DNA of 64,000 nucleotides from a virus. The stretch spans positions 1 through 64,000 of IMG/VR virus record IMGVR_UViG_3300009103_000004; one strand, written 5' to 3'. Positions 10,038-20,197 of this stretch are shown in pieces. Under the pieces are notes generated by a model. It was not told the origin of the DNA. It was given only the letters and a program-made list of their open reading frames with translations, and ran no database searches. Numbering within the stretch: the first letter of the stretch is position 1; every line of letters begins with the position of its first letter. A program made the position numbers and the translations under genes.

Positions 10038-12415
10038 TAATAGGTCCTCCCGGTGCTTTCACTAAAGCTTTTGATTTTCTTCAATAGCTCCAGTACCAGC
10101 TCCCCAAATGACTTAAAGTTTGATACTAGCATATTCTCCAAGCCTGACTGGTCATCCGACCCGTACAAGTGACTAAAGTCTTCGGGCTTCCAATAAAATA
10201 AAAACACCATGCGACCCAGCCTGTCCAAGGCTTTTTCCAAGTCTGGGAAATACTTGTCTATTAACATACTCGAATCATATGTGTTAGCTAATGATCCTAC
10301 AACGCCATGCTCGAACAAGCTCGGTACACCAAGTTCATCTGCCATAGCAGATAACTCATTTGGCCCCTTACCCTCTAGCTCACCAGCATCATTAAATTTA
10401 ATTGAGTCACCAATCCTACTTTCGTTGGGCATATTAGGAACGGTGGAATCTGCTATTAATTGAACACTCTGTGGAGATTGTCTTGAGATATTAAAGATAT
10501 CATCCACATCTTCAGTGAAGTAAGACTCAGGATCTTCCCCGAAATTCAGGTTGTGTCCCTCTTTAGTTAGTGGAGCAAAGAAAGTAACCTTGCCATGCTT
10601 ATCAGCTGAATCCAAAAGATCTACAACTAAAGGCTCGGCCAGAGATCCATATTTCATTAAGTAGCACATAGTGGAGAGCCTACTCTGCTCACTGGTAGTA
10701 TTACTACCTGATTTGGTTATGTAACTACCGTCTCCATTGGAATATATAGAGGCTGACTTTATACCGCCGCCAAGTATCAAGTTGTGTAGATCAGCCGAAG
10801 ACGCTAGGTCTACGGACTCGGATTTATCAACCTTTACAAAAGCAACATCACCCTTCTTAAAGACCCTGTCCCTATAGTTGTTTTCCTCATAGTCGGGATT
10901 TAGAGTTAAAGTAGGCAAGTTATCGTCTTTATCGAAGCTATTCTCAGACCAGTCTATTTTATACTTGTTAACTCCTTTTGAGGAGCCAACCGAACTCTTT
11001 ACATAAAAGATATCTGAAACGGTACTGCTGTTCCCCAGAGCCTTGATGCCTTTTGACAGGTCCAAAAGTACGTAATGATTTCCCGGTGTCGGAGTGTCAG
11101 GAAACTTGTCTAGGTCCTCATCACTGGGGTCCTTCTCAGCTTCTCTTTCTGAAGTTATAATACGTTTACTGTCAACTGTGCTGACTGCATTGCTTTCTAA
11201 ATCTACAACGGTGTACTTACTAGTGTGAGACCCGTACCCACGACTACCGCCACAGATCTGTCTTTCAGACATGGCGTCATCATCATCGTCATTCCAAAAT
11301 GTAGAAGCTAGACTTTTTCCATTTGTAGGTACTACTAGGCAACGCTTGGTGGTTCCGTCCTTAAGCAGAACCTTGTATATTCCAGACTCTGATACTCCGC
11401 TGTACTCCCTTTCGTCATCCTTGAATACTTTGTACGTCAAGCCCGTCTTGTCTCTATTGTCTTCAAATAGAAACCCATGCTTGGCTAACTTTTCAGAAGC
11501 TTCTTTCACATTGTCATTCAAGAAGCCCATGTGCAACGTCAGCCCATCCTTGTTAACGGAAGCTTCTTTATTTAACTCTTCCTGTATTTCATCCAATAAG
11601 ACATTCTCTAAACCCACATGATTCAATATAGCAGTAGCAAACGTTGCATCCTTTTGCATCAAGTTCGTTAATTGTTTTATAGATGTGAGCCCACCGTCTT
11701 CAGTAATAAACTTCCTAATTAAGGAACCCTTCTTTTCTGCTACACCTTTCTCTTCGTCAATATCAACAGGCTCACCAAGTCTTTCTAAAACTTCCTGTTG
11801 TTTTTTCTTTCGCTCATCCTCTGAAGCTTTTAACTCTTCTCCTGCTACTATCTCGTCAATTATGGCGACAGCTTCTTCAGTAGATGCTGCTTTAATTTCT
11901 CTATAAATTTCCGACATTTCGGGCAGCCAATCATTTACTTTCTTAAACGACGAGTACGAAGCATTTTTTGCTCCACCTTGGCTGTAGTTGGGCGGGTTTA
12001 TTAACTTACCTATGTTAAGTCCACGAGAGTTCTCAGACTCAGACTTATCCATACCGGTACCACTCTTATTCTCTTGTATACCAACAAGGTACTGAGCCCA
12101 ATCATTTGTAAGCGGAACAAAAGTTTTATTCTTATGTCTATACAGCAAATCCGTACCCTTAATGGCTCCATTTACAAAAAAGGCAGGTGCGTATATTAAT
12201 TCATTGCCAACCTTAAACGCAAATATACCAACCATCTTGCTATTAGCGTCATTTTTATACACGATCTCGAATCCTAGCTTATAGGGATCTTTCATCAAGG
12301 GCGTAGCCTTGTTTTGTATAAACATGTAAGCCTGGTCTAGAAATGCTTTTTCAACATCCTTATCCGAATAGACCTGTGCCGCATTCTTTTTCCAATCTGA
12401 TTCAATTTCAATCAT
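10037..12415 (-). CDS. Large hypothetical head/structural protein
   Basis: 792 aa ORF with multiple K-x-A motifs; first gene of the head operon. Confidence 0.55.
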   Translation of the reverse strand: MIEIESDWKKNAAQVYSDKDVEKAFLDQAYMFIQNKATPLMKDPYKLGFEIVYKNDANSKMVGIFAFKVGNELIYAPAFFVNGAIKGTDLLYRHKNKTFVPLTNDWAQYLVGIQENKSGTGMDKSESENSRGLNIGKLINPPNYSQGGAKNASYSSFKKVNDWLPEMSEIYREIKAASTEEAVAIIDEIVAGEELKASEDERKKKQQEVLERLGEPVDIDEEKGVAEKKGSLIRKFITEDGGLTSIKQLTNLMQKDATFATAILNHVGLENVLLDEIQEELNKEASVNKDGLTLHMGFLNDNVKEASEKLAKHGFLFEDNRDKTGLTYKVFKDDEREYSGVSESGIYKVLLKDGTTKRCLVVPTNGKSLASTFWNDDDDDAMSERQICGGSRGYGSHTSKYTVVDLESNAVSTVDSKRIITSEREAEKDPSDEDLDKFPDTPTPGNHYVLLDLSKGIKALGNSSTVSDIFYVKSSVGSSKGVNKYKIDWSENSFDKDDNLPTLTLNPDYEENNYRDRVFKKGDVAFVKVDKSESVDLASSADLHNLILGGGIKSASIYSNGDGSYITKSGSNTTSEQSRLSTMCYLMKYGSLAEPLVVDLLDSADKHGKVTFFAPLTKEGHNLNFGEDPESYFTEDVDDIFNISRQSPQSVQLIADSTVPNMPNESRIGDSIKFNDAGELEGKGPNELSAMADELGVPSLFEHGVVGSLANTYDSSMLIDKYFPDLEKALDRLGRMVFLFYWKPEDFSHLYGSDDQSGLENMLVSNFKSFGELVLELLKKIKSFSESTGRTY

Positions 12416-12478
12416 GACAGTAATTTTAGTTTAAAGGTGTAATACTACAACTATTTTAAAATATATCAATAACTAACT

Positions 12479-13564
12479 TTAGCTAGTACCGAAGAGGGTC
12501 TGGTACATCTCATCGTTTTTTCCGGCGGGCCCTCTTCGGTTTACTCTTTTTCTTTCTTCTTCTTTTTCTAAGATATCCAACTTCTCCCGATACTTCTTAA
12601 ACTCGTCGTCTGTCCTGGACCAAGCTTCCGTGGCTCTAGCAGTTGTTGCTCCTATAGGCATCCCTATAACTCCACCTAATCGTCCGACAGGCCCTCCTGC
12701 TAGCCCGCCAACAAGAGCACCACTATAGCTACCGTACGATCCACCGAATATTTGGTTTAAGTAATCTATTTTCTTTTTGTCAGCTACGGTGAGTTTTTCC
12801 TTTTTGTTAATTGCCTGTAACGCTTTGTTCATAGCATTACGATTTGCCCTGTACTCAAGATACATTGTCGTTCCCGGAACAGGCAGTAATCCTAACGTGG
12901 CTTGTTCGAGAAGAGGTAACAGAGCACGGCCACCAGGAGTTCCGTCTTCGGTGAAATCTTGTGCATGCCCCAACTCATGTCTCAAAACTCCAGGATCTGC
13001 AGATTCAACATTTACTGTGTCAGAAAATGGGTTGTAATGGTTTGGTCTGTTAAACCCCGCCATCCCGGCAGCTGCTTGCAATGGGTAAACTAAGCCCCCA
13101 AATAGTTTAGAGGGCCAGCCAGTTTTCTTATTTTTAAAAATATTTATAAATTCAGTTAATGGCCTAACACCCCCTAGCGACACATTAGTCTCTGCTAATG
13201 ACGGGTCATCCTTTAATTCTTCTATAATCTCCTTGATCTGCTTGTGCTGCTCTTGACTAGGCCCATGAATAAACTCCCTAGCATTAGTCCAAGGTGTCAT
13301 ATTATACGGTGACCCAGCGAGACTTAGAGCATAGTTTAATGGCTGTATCCTTCCCATTATCTCAAACGGCTTTGAAACTGAATCTGCAAGCTCGCCAACT
13401 GCCCCTCGTGACGTAGAACCCCCAGGGCCCTCACTCCATGTCGGCTCATACACACGCATGGGCCCAAAGTCTTCGGAGTCTATGTAAGGTAAACGCCTGA
13501 GTCCCTTTTTACGCTTCTTAGCAGCACTTGAACGTTTAGCTATGCCTGCTAGTCCGTTCATCAC
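12479..13564 (-). CDS. Zinc metallopeptidase-like protein with glycine-zipper helices
   Basis: NHYNPFSDTV...LRHELGHAQD (HExxH) with downstream LEYRAN third ligand; Gly-rich hydrophobic C-terminus. Confidence 0.65.
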   Translation of the reverse strand: MMNGLAGIAKRSSAAKKRKKGLRRLPYIDSEDFGPMRVYEPTWSEGPGGSTSRGAVGELADSVSKPFEIMGRIQPLNYALSLAGSPYNMTPWTNAREFIHGPSQEQHKQIKEIIEELKDDPSLAETNVSLGGVRPLTEFINIFKNKKTGWPSKLFGGLVYPLQAAAGMAGFNRPNHYNPFSDTVNVESADPGVLRHELGHAQDFTEDGTPGGRALLPLLEQATLGLLPVPGTTMYLEYRANRNAMNKALQAINKKEKLTVADKKKIDYLNQIFGGSYGSYSGALVGGLAGGPVGRLGGVIGMPIGATTARATEAWSRTDDEFKKYREKLDILEKEEERKRVNRRGPAGKNDEMYQTLFGTS

Positions 13565-15399
13565 AATAATCCTGTCTTTTCTGAATCTTCACCGAACCCG
13601 TGTCCAATTGCTAGCCTTGGTGCAAAGTGTACGTTCCTATCTACGTTTGTCTCTGCTCCGGAATTTGCAGACTGACTAAGCCTATGTGCTTGATAGCTGG
13701 AGTGTAAGGAAGCCAGCCAGTCCTTCTCATTTAAAGTTGCAGTTCTAAGCCTGACCATCTCTGGCTCAAAATTTAGTTTGTCGTCACTTGCTATCACTTT
13801 GTTAATACCCATATCAGCAATGTTGTTTGCCATGTTGGGAGTTATCTTGGTGCCAAGAGAGTAGTGTAGAGCCGGTGCGTGTAAGTACTTACCCACAGCG
13901 CTCTGCGTATCTCTTAACACAGCACTCTTGGGCGGGACATATGAAGAAACCAAAGAATTATAGGATGCCAAGTCTTCGGGCAGGTAACCACCTATGTCAT
14001 CATCCCCAGTTACACGAACATGATCCAATGCCCCTTTTGCTAAAAATTCTAAATTCTTTTTACTAGCGTATAGTCCACTATTATCAAAGACTTCCTTTAA
14101 ATAGTTTACGTAATGCTGTCTTCCTGAGCCCAAACCTCGTAAAGCTATAACGTCCTTTACGTCAAGTATACCCTCACTAAGTCTGTCTCCCGGTTCTACT
14201 GTCTGACCACGTTTTACATTTATCTCAAATCCAGGAAGAATATAATGATCCTGCCCATCTATTGTTACATTGTTCCCACCTTGCGGAGCCTTGCTTATTT
14301 TTTCCACGCGACCACCAACCTCAGCTAGTGTAGCCTTATTCGGGTATGTAGAAGGGCTTTGCATTATTTGATTAACCACCTTGAACCCGCTAGTAGGAAC
14401 TTTACTTCCACTAAACTGCCCACCCCCATGTTTAACATTTAGAGCACCTTGCGTTAGTGGCTCGCTCAAAGCGTGTGCAGCAGTTATACCTACAGCTTCT
14501 CCAAGTTTAGGGAACTTGCCGTCATTATTTAAACCCGAGCACTTAACGCATACACCGCTGGCAGACTCACAAGTTAACGGGCTTCTTGCCAGCACTCTTT
14601 CTTTTTTTAACTTGGTTAGTGCTTTATATACACTTTTATCTACAGCTTCCCCAGCAGCTACAGGGCCATACTTTCGTTGTAATACCCTGCCTGATAATTC
14701 TTCCACATCAGAAACATCAAGAGGTATGCCATTAGTTGTACCGCAGTCATCCTCAGTAGTTATCAACCTTGTAACGGACTGTACCATTTGCTTAGCTAAA
14801 TCACCAGCGTCTGCGGTAGCTTCTTTAGTAGATATAACAGCTTTTCTGGCGCCGAACGTACTTGATAGGTATTCTGCTGGCCTCAAGCCCTCGCCATAGC
14901 TGTTCTCTATAAACAAATCTATAATATTATCTTTGTAGTCTGTGTAAACTCCGGGAGTTGTGATCATGGATTTGAGCTGCCCTTTGTTTCCTCTTGCTCC
15001 AGAGACTACGGAGTTACCGAGATTGTGCTCAGTACCCTTGATTGACTCCATTGTCATCTTTTCTAGTATGTCAGAATACTTTGCGTATACAGCAGCTCTC
15101 GCACTTCTCTTGTCTTTTGCCTTGGATTCAGCCTTTTTTACGTCTTGCTTCATCTTAGCTATGACAGCGTCCTTGTCGAACGTCGGGTACATATCTGCCA
15201 GAGTTATGGTCTCTGCCTGGTTGTACGAAGCTTCCCTACCCAAGTCAGAAATCTCTTTAGATAACTTCCTATACTTCTCGGGGTGCTTGCTGGCAATTTC
15301 GGACATTATATAACTTATACCCTTACTGTTATATTCGACACCCTCCAAATCTATATCTTCGGGCACAATATCTCGCATTATTAAATCGACTGCCTTCAT
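13561..15399 (-). CDS. rpoC: Phage RNA polymerase beta' subunit, C-terminal half
   Basis: SGARG; bridge helix GARKAVISTKEATADAGDL; EDDCGT and RSPLTC..VCVKC Zn site; GEAVGITAAHALSEPLTQGALNVKHGGG trigger loop. Confidence 0.9.
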   Translation of the reverse strand: MKAVDLIMRDIVPEDIDLEGVEYNSKGISYIMSEIASKHPEKYRKLSKEISDLGREASYNQAETITLADMYPTFDKDAVIAKMKQDVKKAESKAKDKRSARAAVYAKYSDILEKMTMESIKGTEHNLGNSVVSGARGNKGQLKSMITTPGVYTDYKDNIIDLFIENSYGEGLRPAEYLSSTFGARKAVISTKEATADAGDLAKQMVQSVTRLITTEDDCGTTNGIPLDVSDVEELSGRVLQRKYGPVAAGEAVDKSVYKALTKLKKERVLARSPLTCESASGVCVKCSGLNNDGKFPKLGEAVGITAAHALSEPLTQGALNVKHGGGQFSGSKVPTSGFKVVNQIMQSPSTYPNKATLAEVGGRVEKISKAPQGGNNVTIDGQDHYILPGFEINVKRGQTVEPGDRLSEGILDVKDVIALRGLGSGRQHYVNYLKEVFDNSGLYASKKNLEFLAKGALDHVRVTGDDDIGGYLPEDLASYNSLVSSYVPPKSAVLRDTQSAVGKYLHAPALHYSLGTKITPNMANNIADMGINKVIASDDKLNFEPEMVRLRTATLNEKDWLASLHSSYQAHRLSQSANSGAETNVDRNVHFAPRLAIGHGFGEDSEKTGLL

Positions 15400-15405
15400 A
15401 CTTAT

Positions 15406-16485
15406 TTAATCACAACATGAATTTTCTATTTCATCAACTCTATTTACTAGTGCATTAAATTGTGTGAGTGTAGTAAACCCACCAACGATAGCCATAATTT
15501 GTTCCTGACTAAACGTTATTCCAAGATCTTCTGGAGATGCATTAGCTGTAGAGATACAGGACACTAACTCTTCTGGGTTACACTCGACAGGAAAAGACGG
15601 AGGTGGAAGCTCTAACTCTCCAGTTAAAGAAGCTTGGCAGTTTTGGTTATCTATATGTAATGCTATAGAGTGCGATGGAGAAAATAGATAACCGTTAGGA
15701 GCAGTTATATCTAAATCGTTTACAACGTTAGTAATTCCATCGGGGCACCAAAAACAATCTCGAACGTCCTCACAATCAATTATAGTCCCGGGCGCTGGGG
15801 TGGTGCCGCTTCCTGAGTTTACATTTTCTGTGAAGTCCTCTGGGACTTTTACAACTTTATGTATTGTTGTTTGTGTAGAAAATGAACCCTCTATCTTTCC
15901 AGCCAGCCCGTCTTGCTTTAATACGAAGAATATACAGTCCCCGTCCTCAAGCATTGCCTCTACAACACCAGTGTACATCAGTTCAGTACTACCAGGTGTT
16001 ATGTCGTTTTTATTTATAAGCTCTAAGCTATATACTTCTTGGTCGGCTCGCTCTATCTTTGCGGTAACTACAAGGTATGTGGCATCTACAGCTGGACTGT
16101 GCTGGAATTTTAACTCCAGACCTATACCGTAAAGTCCCTCATCTGATACGCAAAACTTGTACCCGCCAGGAGGTGACTTTTGATTAAACAAGTAATTGCC
16201 GTAGTCATATACCTTCTGGTCGAATGGTATATATTGCTCGGCGTTCTTTTTTACTATTACAGTGTTGGATACAGATGCTAGTTTTGCACCGCTGAATCCA
16301 CGCTCTGCTATTAATGTGTCGGGTAGGTGCTCTACGGATATCTTTTTATCAGATCCAAAAGGTATCCTAGAGTTAAGAAGTTCTTTTAATGTACTGTCTT
16401 CGCCATCAAATTTTACTTTAGTGGTATCCGGAAATATGGACTGCCCACTAATCCGAAGATTTGCGATTTCGGTTTTACTATCCAC
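15406..16485 (-). CDS. Hypothetical (possibly structural) protein
   Basis: 359 aa ORF with GTG start; beta-rich middle and Cys-containing C-terminus. Confidence 0.45.
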   Translation of the reverse strand: MDSKTEIANLRISGQSIFPDTTKVKFDGEDSTLKELLNSRIPFGSDKKISVEHLPDTLIAERGFSGAKLASVSNTVIVKKNAEQYIPFDQKVYDYGNYLFNQKSPPGGYKFCVSDEGLYGIGLELKFQHSPAVDATYLVVTAKIERADQEVYSLELINKNDITPGSTELMYTGVVEAMLEDGDCIFFVLKQDGLAGKIEGSFSTQTTIHKVVKVPEDFTENVNSGSGTTPAPGTIIDCEDVRDCFWCPDGITNVVNDLDITAPNGYLFSPSHSIALHIDNQNCQASLTGELELPPPSFPVECNPEELVSCISTANASPEDLGITFSQEQIMAIVGGFTTLTQFNALVNRVDEIENSCCD

Positions 16486-16503
16486 GACATCGCTGATTCG
16501 TTT

Positions 16504-16884
16504 CTAGGGTCCTGCTATCCAATTGATAAGATCCCCTAGACCAGCCTTTTCAGCTCCAGCCAAGTAGACAGGGTAGGCAATCATAGCTACAACTAGTAGC
16601 AAAGCCTTTTTCCATTTTTTAGTCTTATTTTCAGCAAAGTTTTCTGCAGAAGCTTCTTGTCTAAATTTCTCCAGTTCTATTACCTTTCCATTTATATTAC
16701 TACAGTAATCGTGTACATCAGACAGATGTTCCATTTGCCAGCGTTGCTGTTGTATTAATACTGATATACGTTCCAACAAGAACTTTTGTTGATCGTCGCA
16801 ATCTTTTAGCAAGTGCTTTGGTATAGTGGGCTTAAACTCAGGAGCGTCAAAGGGCCTACGCTGCCGCTGTATACTGTCACTCAT
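16504..16884 (-). CDS. Coiled-coil protein with C-terminal TM helix (lysis cassette)
   Basis: C-terminal hydrophobic ALLLVVAMIAYPVYLAGA. Confidence 0.45.
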   Translation of the reverse strand: MSDSIQRQRRPFDAPEFKPTIPKHLLKDCDDQQKFLLERISVLIQQQRWQMEHLSDVHDYCSNINGKVIELEKFRQEASAENFAENKTKKWKKALLLVVAMIAYPVYLAGAEKAGLGDLINWIAGP

Positions 16885-16892
16885 ATTATTAT

Positions 16893-17180
16893 TTATTCTT
16901 CTACCTTCTTAGATGGCATACCACCAGCATACCACCCCTCGGGCAGGGTTACTTTACTTTTGCTCTTTACCCACTCGCCTTCATCGTAATAGTAAACGTG
17001 GCCTTTAACGTCTGGACCGAGTCTTACGAGTTCGCTGTCACTGTCCACGAAAACGACTCTTCCGCCCCCCAGGCCTAGGTTTAGGCACCCCGTCATCGTC
17101 AAACTTATCATCCCAACGCTCACGGATGTGAGAAGGAATTGGAGTAGAGTCTTTTGCTTTGATTGGTTTTTTTGCTTCAT
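16893..17180 (-). CDS. Lipoprotein, putative o-spanin
   Basis: Basic N-region, hydrophobic stretch and lipobox MTGC; overlaps the upstream gene in another frame. Confidence 0.5.
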   Translation of the reverse strand: MKQKNQSKQKTLLQFLLTSVSVGMISLTMTGCLNLGLGGGRVVFVDSDSELVRLGPDVKGHVYYYDEGEWVKSKSKVTLPEGWYAGGMPSKKVEE

Positions 17181-17241
17181 TTACTGTCCAGCCGAATAGG
17201 CCTTTTAACACGTTAACTATTATACTCCAGAGGAAGCTCAC
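17038..17241 (-). CDS. Small membrane protein, putative i-spanin
   Basis: N-terminal hydrophobic helix; between the holin and the lipoprotein, overlapping the latter by 143 nt. Confidence 0.4.
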   Translation of the reverse strand: MSFLWSIIVNVLKGLFGWTVNEAKKPIKAKDSTPIPSHIRERWDDKFDDDGVPKPRPGGRKSRFRGQ

Positions 17242-17423
17242 TTATCGCCTTTATCCTTTGCCTTTCCTACGTTAAGTGCAAGCAAGTCTACTATCTTGTA
17301 GGCTTTCTTGACCCACCCGTCATCTTTGGGTGTAGGTGTCAAAGCTGCAACAGCTGATGCTGCAGCGACAACTGCGGTTATAATGCTAAGTATGGCTTCC
17401 CAGTTTTCTTGTATATATTCCAT
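17238..17423 (-). CDS. Putative holin
   Basis: 61 aa; TM helix followed by ALTPTPKDD and a basic tail, a common small phage holin-like pattern; AGGAG RBS. Confidence 0.6.
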   Translation of the reverse strand: MEYIQENWEAILSIITAVVAAASAVAALTPTPKDDGWVKKAYKIVDLLALNVGKAKDKGDK

Positions 17424-17442
17424 GGTTTTCTCCTTAGTTAGG

Positions 17443-18798
17443 TTAGAAAATAGTTAGTTGAAAGTTTTCATCAATTGTAAATGGAGCTAGCTCTTCTGTT
17501 GTAACTCCTGTCATTATAGATTTATTAGCAGTGTTTCCAGCTAAAACGCTTATAAGACAAGTATCCGACTCTTCAGTGACAATAGAATGATCCCCTGCTG
17601 CAATCAATATATTATTTTTTATCCTGCAACCTGTACTGTTGGGGTATACAAAAATGGCCCCGCACTCGGCAGAGTCACAAGCTGTTTCCAGCTGGCAGTT
17701 ATCTATAAATGCATTTACACTCTGCCCTCTAATGCAAATAGCACAGCCGAGTTCTGATTTAACGTAACTGTTCTTTACAATTATAATATCCTCAGTGGTG
17801 CGTATTCCAGACCCAGACGATATAATTTTTCTACTCTCAACTTCAAGATTACCTGCGTTATGTGTAATTACGTTCTCGCTTACAGTTGCTGTCGTAGTCT
17901 GTATTAAGTTTGCCTGAACCTTTACCTTGGACGATGCGTCAGTAAGCTTTATAACAGACCTATTTAAATTGTTGTTGGTTATGAATGTACCATGCCCGTA
18001 AACATTAGATGTTAGACCGCCACTATCACGCATGATTATAGTGCCGACATCCAACGCAGGCGTTTGCACAACTTTAGAGCCTGGGAAGAAGAAAAAGTCT
18101 ACACCGTCCTTGAGTATATCGTACTCGTCGTTATATGTGCCCGGCCATACTATTATAGTATCACCAGCTACGGCAGCTTCCTTTGCAGCCCTTATTGTTG
18201 CAAACGGATATGAAAAATCATAATTAGTTAAGTCGGTCCTAGTATCAGTACCGCTGGTTACGTTAACATGGATTGCGTTATCCGTTTCAACCATTCCAGA
18301 AATACCACTGAAACCTAGGTTGTACGATTCGTCTACCAGCTCTCCTGTAAGCGGCGCGCTTACACTAAGCATAGCGTTAACCTTATCCTTTACCTTAGTG
18401 TCTGTGTAGTAATAATTACTATCACCCTCATCAAGGTCATCAGTAGTTGCCAAAGCTAGTAAATCTTTAACAGTTGTGTCAGAAACGCTAGAGAGGTCAA
18501 AGGTTCCAGAAAAATCTCCTGATATAGTGTTTGCAGATATATCCCCCGAAACTGTGAGGTTTCCTCCCACATTCCAATTGTTCTCAAGAGTATTTGAGTC
18601 CCAAGATATAGTAGCAGTGCCGCTACTGTTAAATAGTTTTCTAGACTCAAAGTTACCAGAGTTAACACTAGAATTATCTGTAGCTATAAGGGCTTTGAAC
18701 AAACCACCAGCGACTAAGTTATTTTTGTTACTAGTAGTTAGTAATGAAGACAGTATGACATCATTACTATCGAGAACATATTTTTGCGCGGTAGTCAT
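17443..18798 (-). CDS. Tail fibre/spike with pectin-lyase-like beta-helix
   Basis: TTDDLDEGDSNYYYTD fibre motif; PFATIRAAKEAAVAGDTIIVWPGTY beta-helix cap followed by Asn/Ile-rich repeats. Confidence 0.7.
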   Translation of the reverse strand: MTTAQKYVLDSNDVILSSLLTTSNKNNLVAGGLFKALIATDNSSVNSGNFESRKLFNSSGTATISWDSNTLENNWNVGGNLTVSGDISANTISGDFSGTFDLSSVSDTTVKDLLALATTDDLDEGDSNYYYTDTKVKDKVNAMLSVSAPLTGELVDESYNLGFSGISGMVETDNAIHVNVTSGTDTRTDLTNYDFSYPFATIRAAKEAAVAGDTIIVWPGTYNDEYDILKDGVDFFFFPGSKVVQTPALDVGTIIMRDSGGLTSNVYGHGTFITNNNLNRSVIKLTDASSKVKVQANLIQTTTATVSENVITHNAGNLEVESRKIISSGSGIRTTEDIIIVKNSYVKSELGCAICIRGQSVNAFIDNCQLETACDSAECGAIFVYPNSTGCRIKNNILIAAGDHSIVTEESDTCLISVLAGNTANKSIMTGVTTEELAPFTIDENFQLTIF

Positions 18799-18803
18799 AC
18801 TAG

Positions 18804-19244
18804 TTATATTCTATTTAAAAAGTATGTTAGTTCAGCTCCCTGAGCTAAAGTCCCGGGGGTTGTGGCCTGTACGCACTTGATGTGGTATGTGTTGTTTACT
18901 CCTAACCCTGATACAGCTGGCGTGGTAGATTGATCTCCTAGTTGTGCGTAGCTGGAACCGGCGCTTAGTGTAAACTCAATTGTGTTAACCTGCGAAGAAC
19001 CATCGTATAGCTTTAATACTATGTCTTCATCTGAGGGAGTCTGTACAAATAACGTCATGCCGTATAAAGAATACGTGCTGTACCCGTGATTGTATATGGC
19101 ACTAAAGTGTGCAAATTCAAAATCGTTATATAGAGTAGGAGCAGTGTAAGACGCCAAACTCCTAACTGGAGTCTCACTCAAGTTAGGTATGTCATAATTA
19201 CTAGCAACAGCTAGTGTTTTAGAGAACTGCCTGGTTTCACTCAT
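18804..19244 (-). CDS. Hypothetical beta-rich structural protein
   Basis: 146 aa ORF upstream of the fibre gene. Confidence 0.45.
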   Translation of the reverse strand: MSETRQFSKTLAVASNYDIPNLSETPVRSLASYTAPTLYNDFEFAHFSAIYNHGYSTYSLYGMTLFVQTPSDEDIVLKLYDGSSQVNTIEFTLSAGSSYAQLGDQSTTPAVSGLGVNNTYHIKCVQATTPGTLAQGAELTYFLNRI

Positions 19245-19529
19245 TTAGTGTATATTTAACTCCATAGGTTCGGACTTAGGCCATGTACCATGTATTTTTT
19301 TTGACCACTTAACTCCATACATCTTAGAGTAACTAGTAGCTTCATCATCTTCTGGTGCTATACAAGTTACAGCTTCGCTATCCATTATATCTTCTTTATA
19401 AAAAACCATTGCTACGTTTCCGTCACCATCCAAAATTTCAATAAACTTTAAAGGCTCCTCAACAATTATAGTCTTCCCTGACTGTGACCTAACTCTTAGC
19501 ATTTTTCTTTTTCTTTTTAGGTGAATCAT
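19245..19529 (-). CDS. Hypothetical protein
   Basis: Fills the operon; alternative start near 19502. Confidence 0.45.
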   Translation of the reverse strand: MIHLKRKRKMLRVRSQSGKTIIVEEPLKFIEILDGDGNVAMVFYKEDIMDSEAVTCIAPEDDEATSYSKMYGVKWSKKIHGTWPKSEPMELNIH

Positions 19530-19722
19530 CTATTACACCCTTACCTTGCGAGTCAGAAAGTAAATGAGCGAGTATAGCATTGATTCCATAGAGTCCAGCA
19601 AGTCCTCCAACACTACCTAAGCCCCAAGCCATAGGGTTATCACTACGCCAAAAACTTTCGTCTGGAGGTCTGTGAGGATGCGCACCATCCAGCTCTGGAG
19701 TCTGATCTGGATCTTCTTGCAT
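19489..19722 (-). CDS. Small glycine-zipper membrane protein
   Basis: FWRSDNPMAWGLGSVGGLAGL, paralogous to the C-terminus of 19722..20195. Confidence 0.5.
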   Translation of the reverse strand: MQEDPDQTPELDGAHPHRPPDESFWRSDNPMAWGLGSVGGLAGLYGINAILAHLLSDSQGKGVIDDSPKKKKKNAKS

Positions 19723-20195
19723 TATCTACGTCTCCTACGTTTCTTTTCTTCTTCGTCTTTCCCGCCGAATAATTTGCTTAGGGCCCAAAGTCCAGCAAGG
19801 CCACCTACTCCACCTGCGCCCCATGCCCAAGGATTGTCGCCACGCCAGAATCCCGATGAATGCTCTTGCCCAAACATTCCGGTTCCCTCGGGGCTAGCAC
19901 CGGGAACTGGGGCGCCAAGGGCTCCAGCCATGTCACCACGTTCAAAATTTTGAACACCTTCTTGCGGATCCAAATGTCCGGTGCCCGGGGCAATGCTGTC
20001 GACGCCTAACCCTTCAGCCGTCAGTTGATCTATAAGCGCCTGGGTCTCTGGATCTTGTACGTCATCGCTTTGCGGCGAATCTTGAGAAAACTCACTAAAT
20101 GGCTCATGCCACTCATAGTCAACTCCTGGAACTCCCTCTGGTCGGTCCCCGCCTTCTGCTTTCTTTATTAGCTTACCTATGTCTTCTAGTTTCAT
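19722..20195 (-). CDS. Glycine-zipper membrane protein
   Basis: N-terminal IKKA; FWRGDNPWAWGAGGVGGLAGL followed by a poly-basic tail. Confidence 0.5.
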   Translation of the reverse strand: MKLEDIGKLIKKAEGGDRPEGVPGVDYEWHEPFSEFSQDSPQSDDVQDPETQALIDQLTAEGLGVDSIAPGTGHLDPQEGVQNFERGDMAGALGAPVPGASPEGTGMFGQEHSSGFWRGDNPWAWGAGGVGGLAGLWALSKLFGGKDEEEKKRRRRR

Positions 20196-20197
20196 TT

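Noticed and set aside
10037-12415. Portal protein assignment for the 792-aa gene
   Set aside because: The position is suggestive, but no portal motif is recognisable; left as hypothetical.
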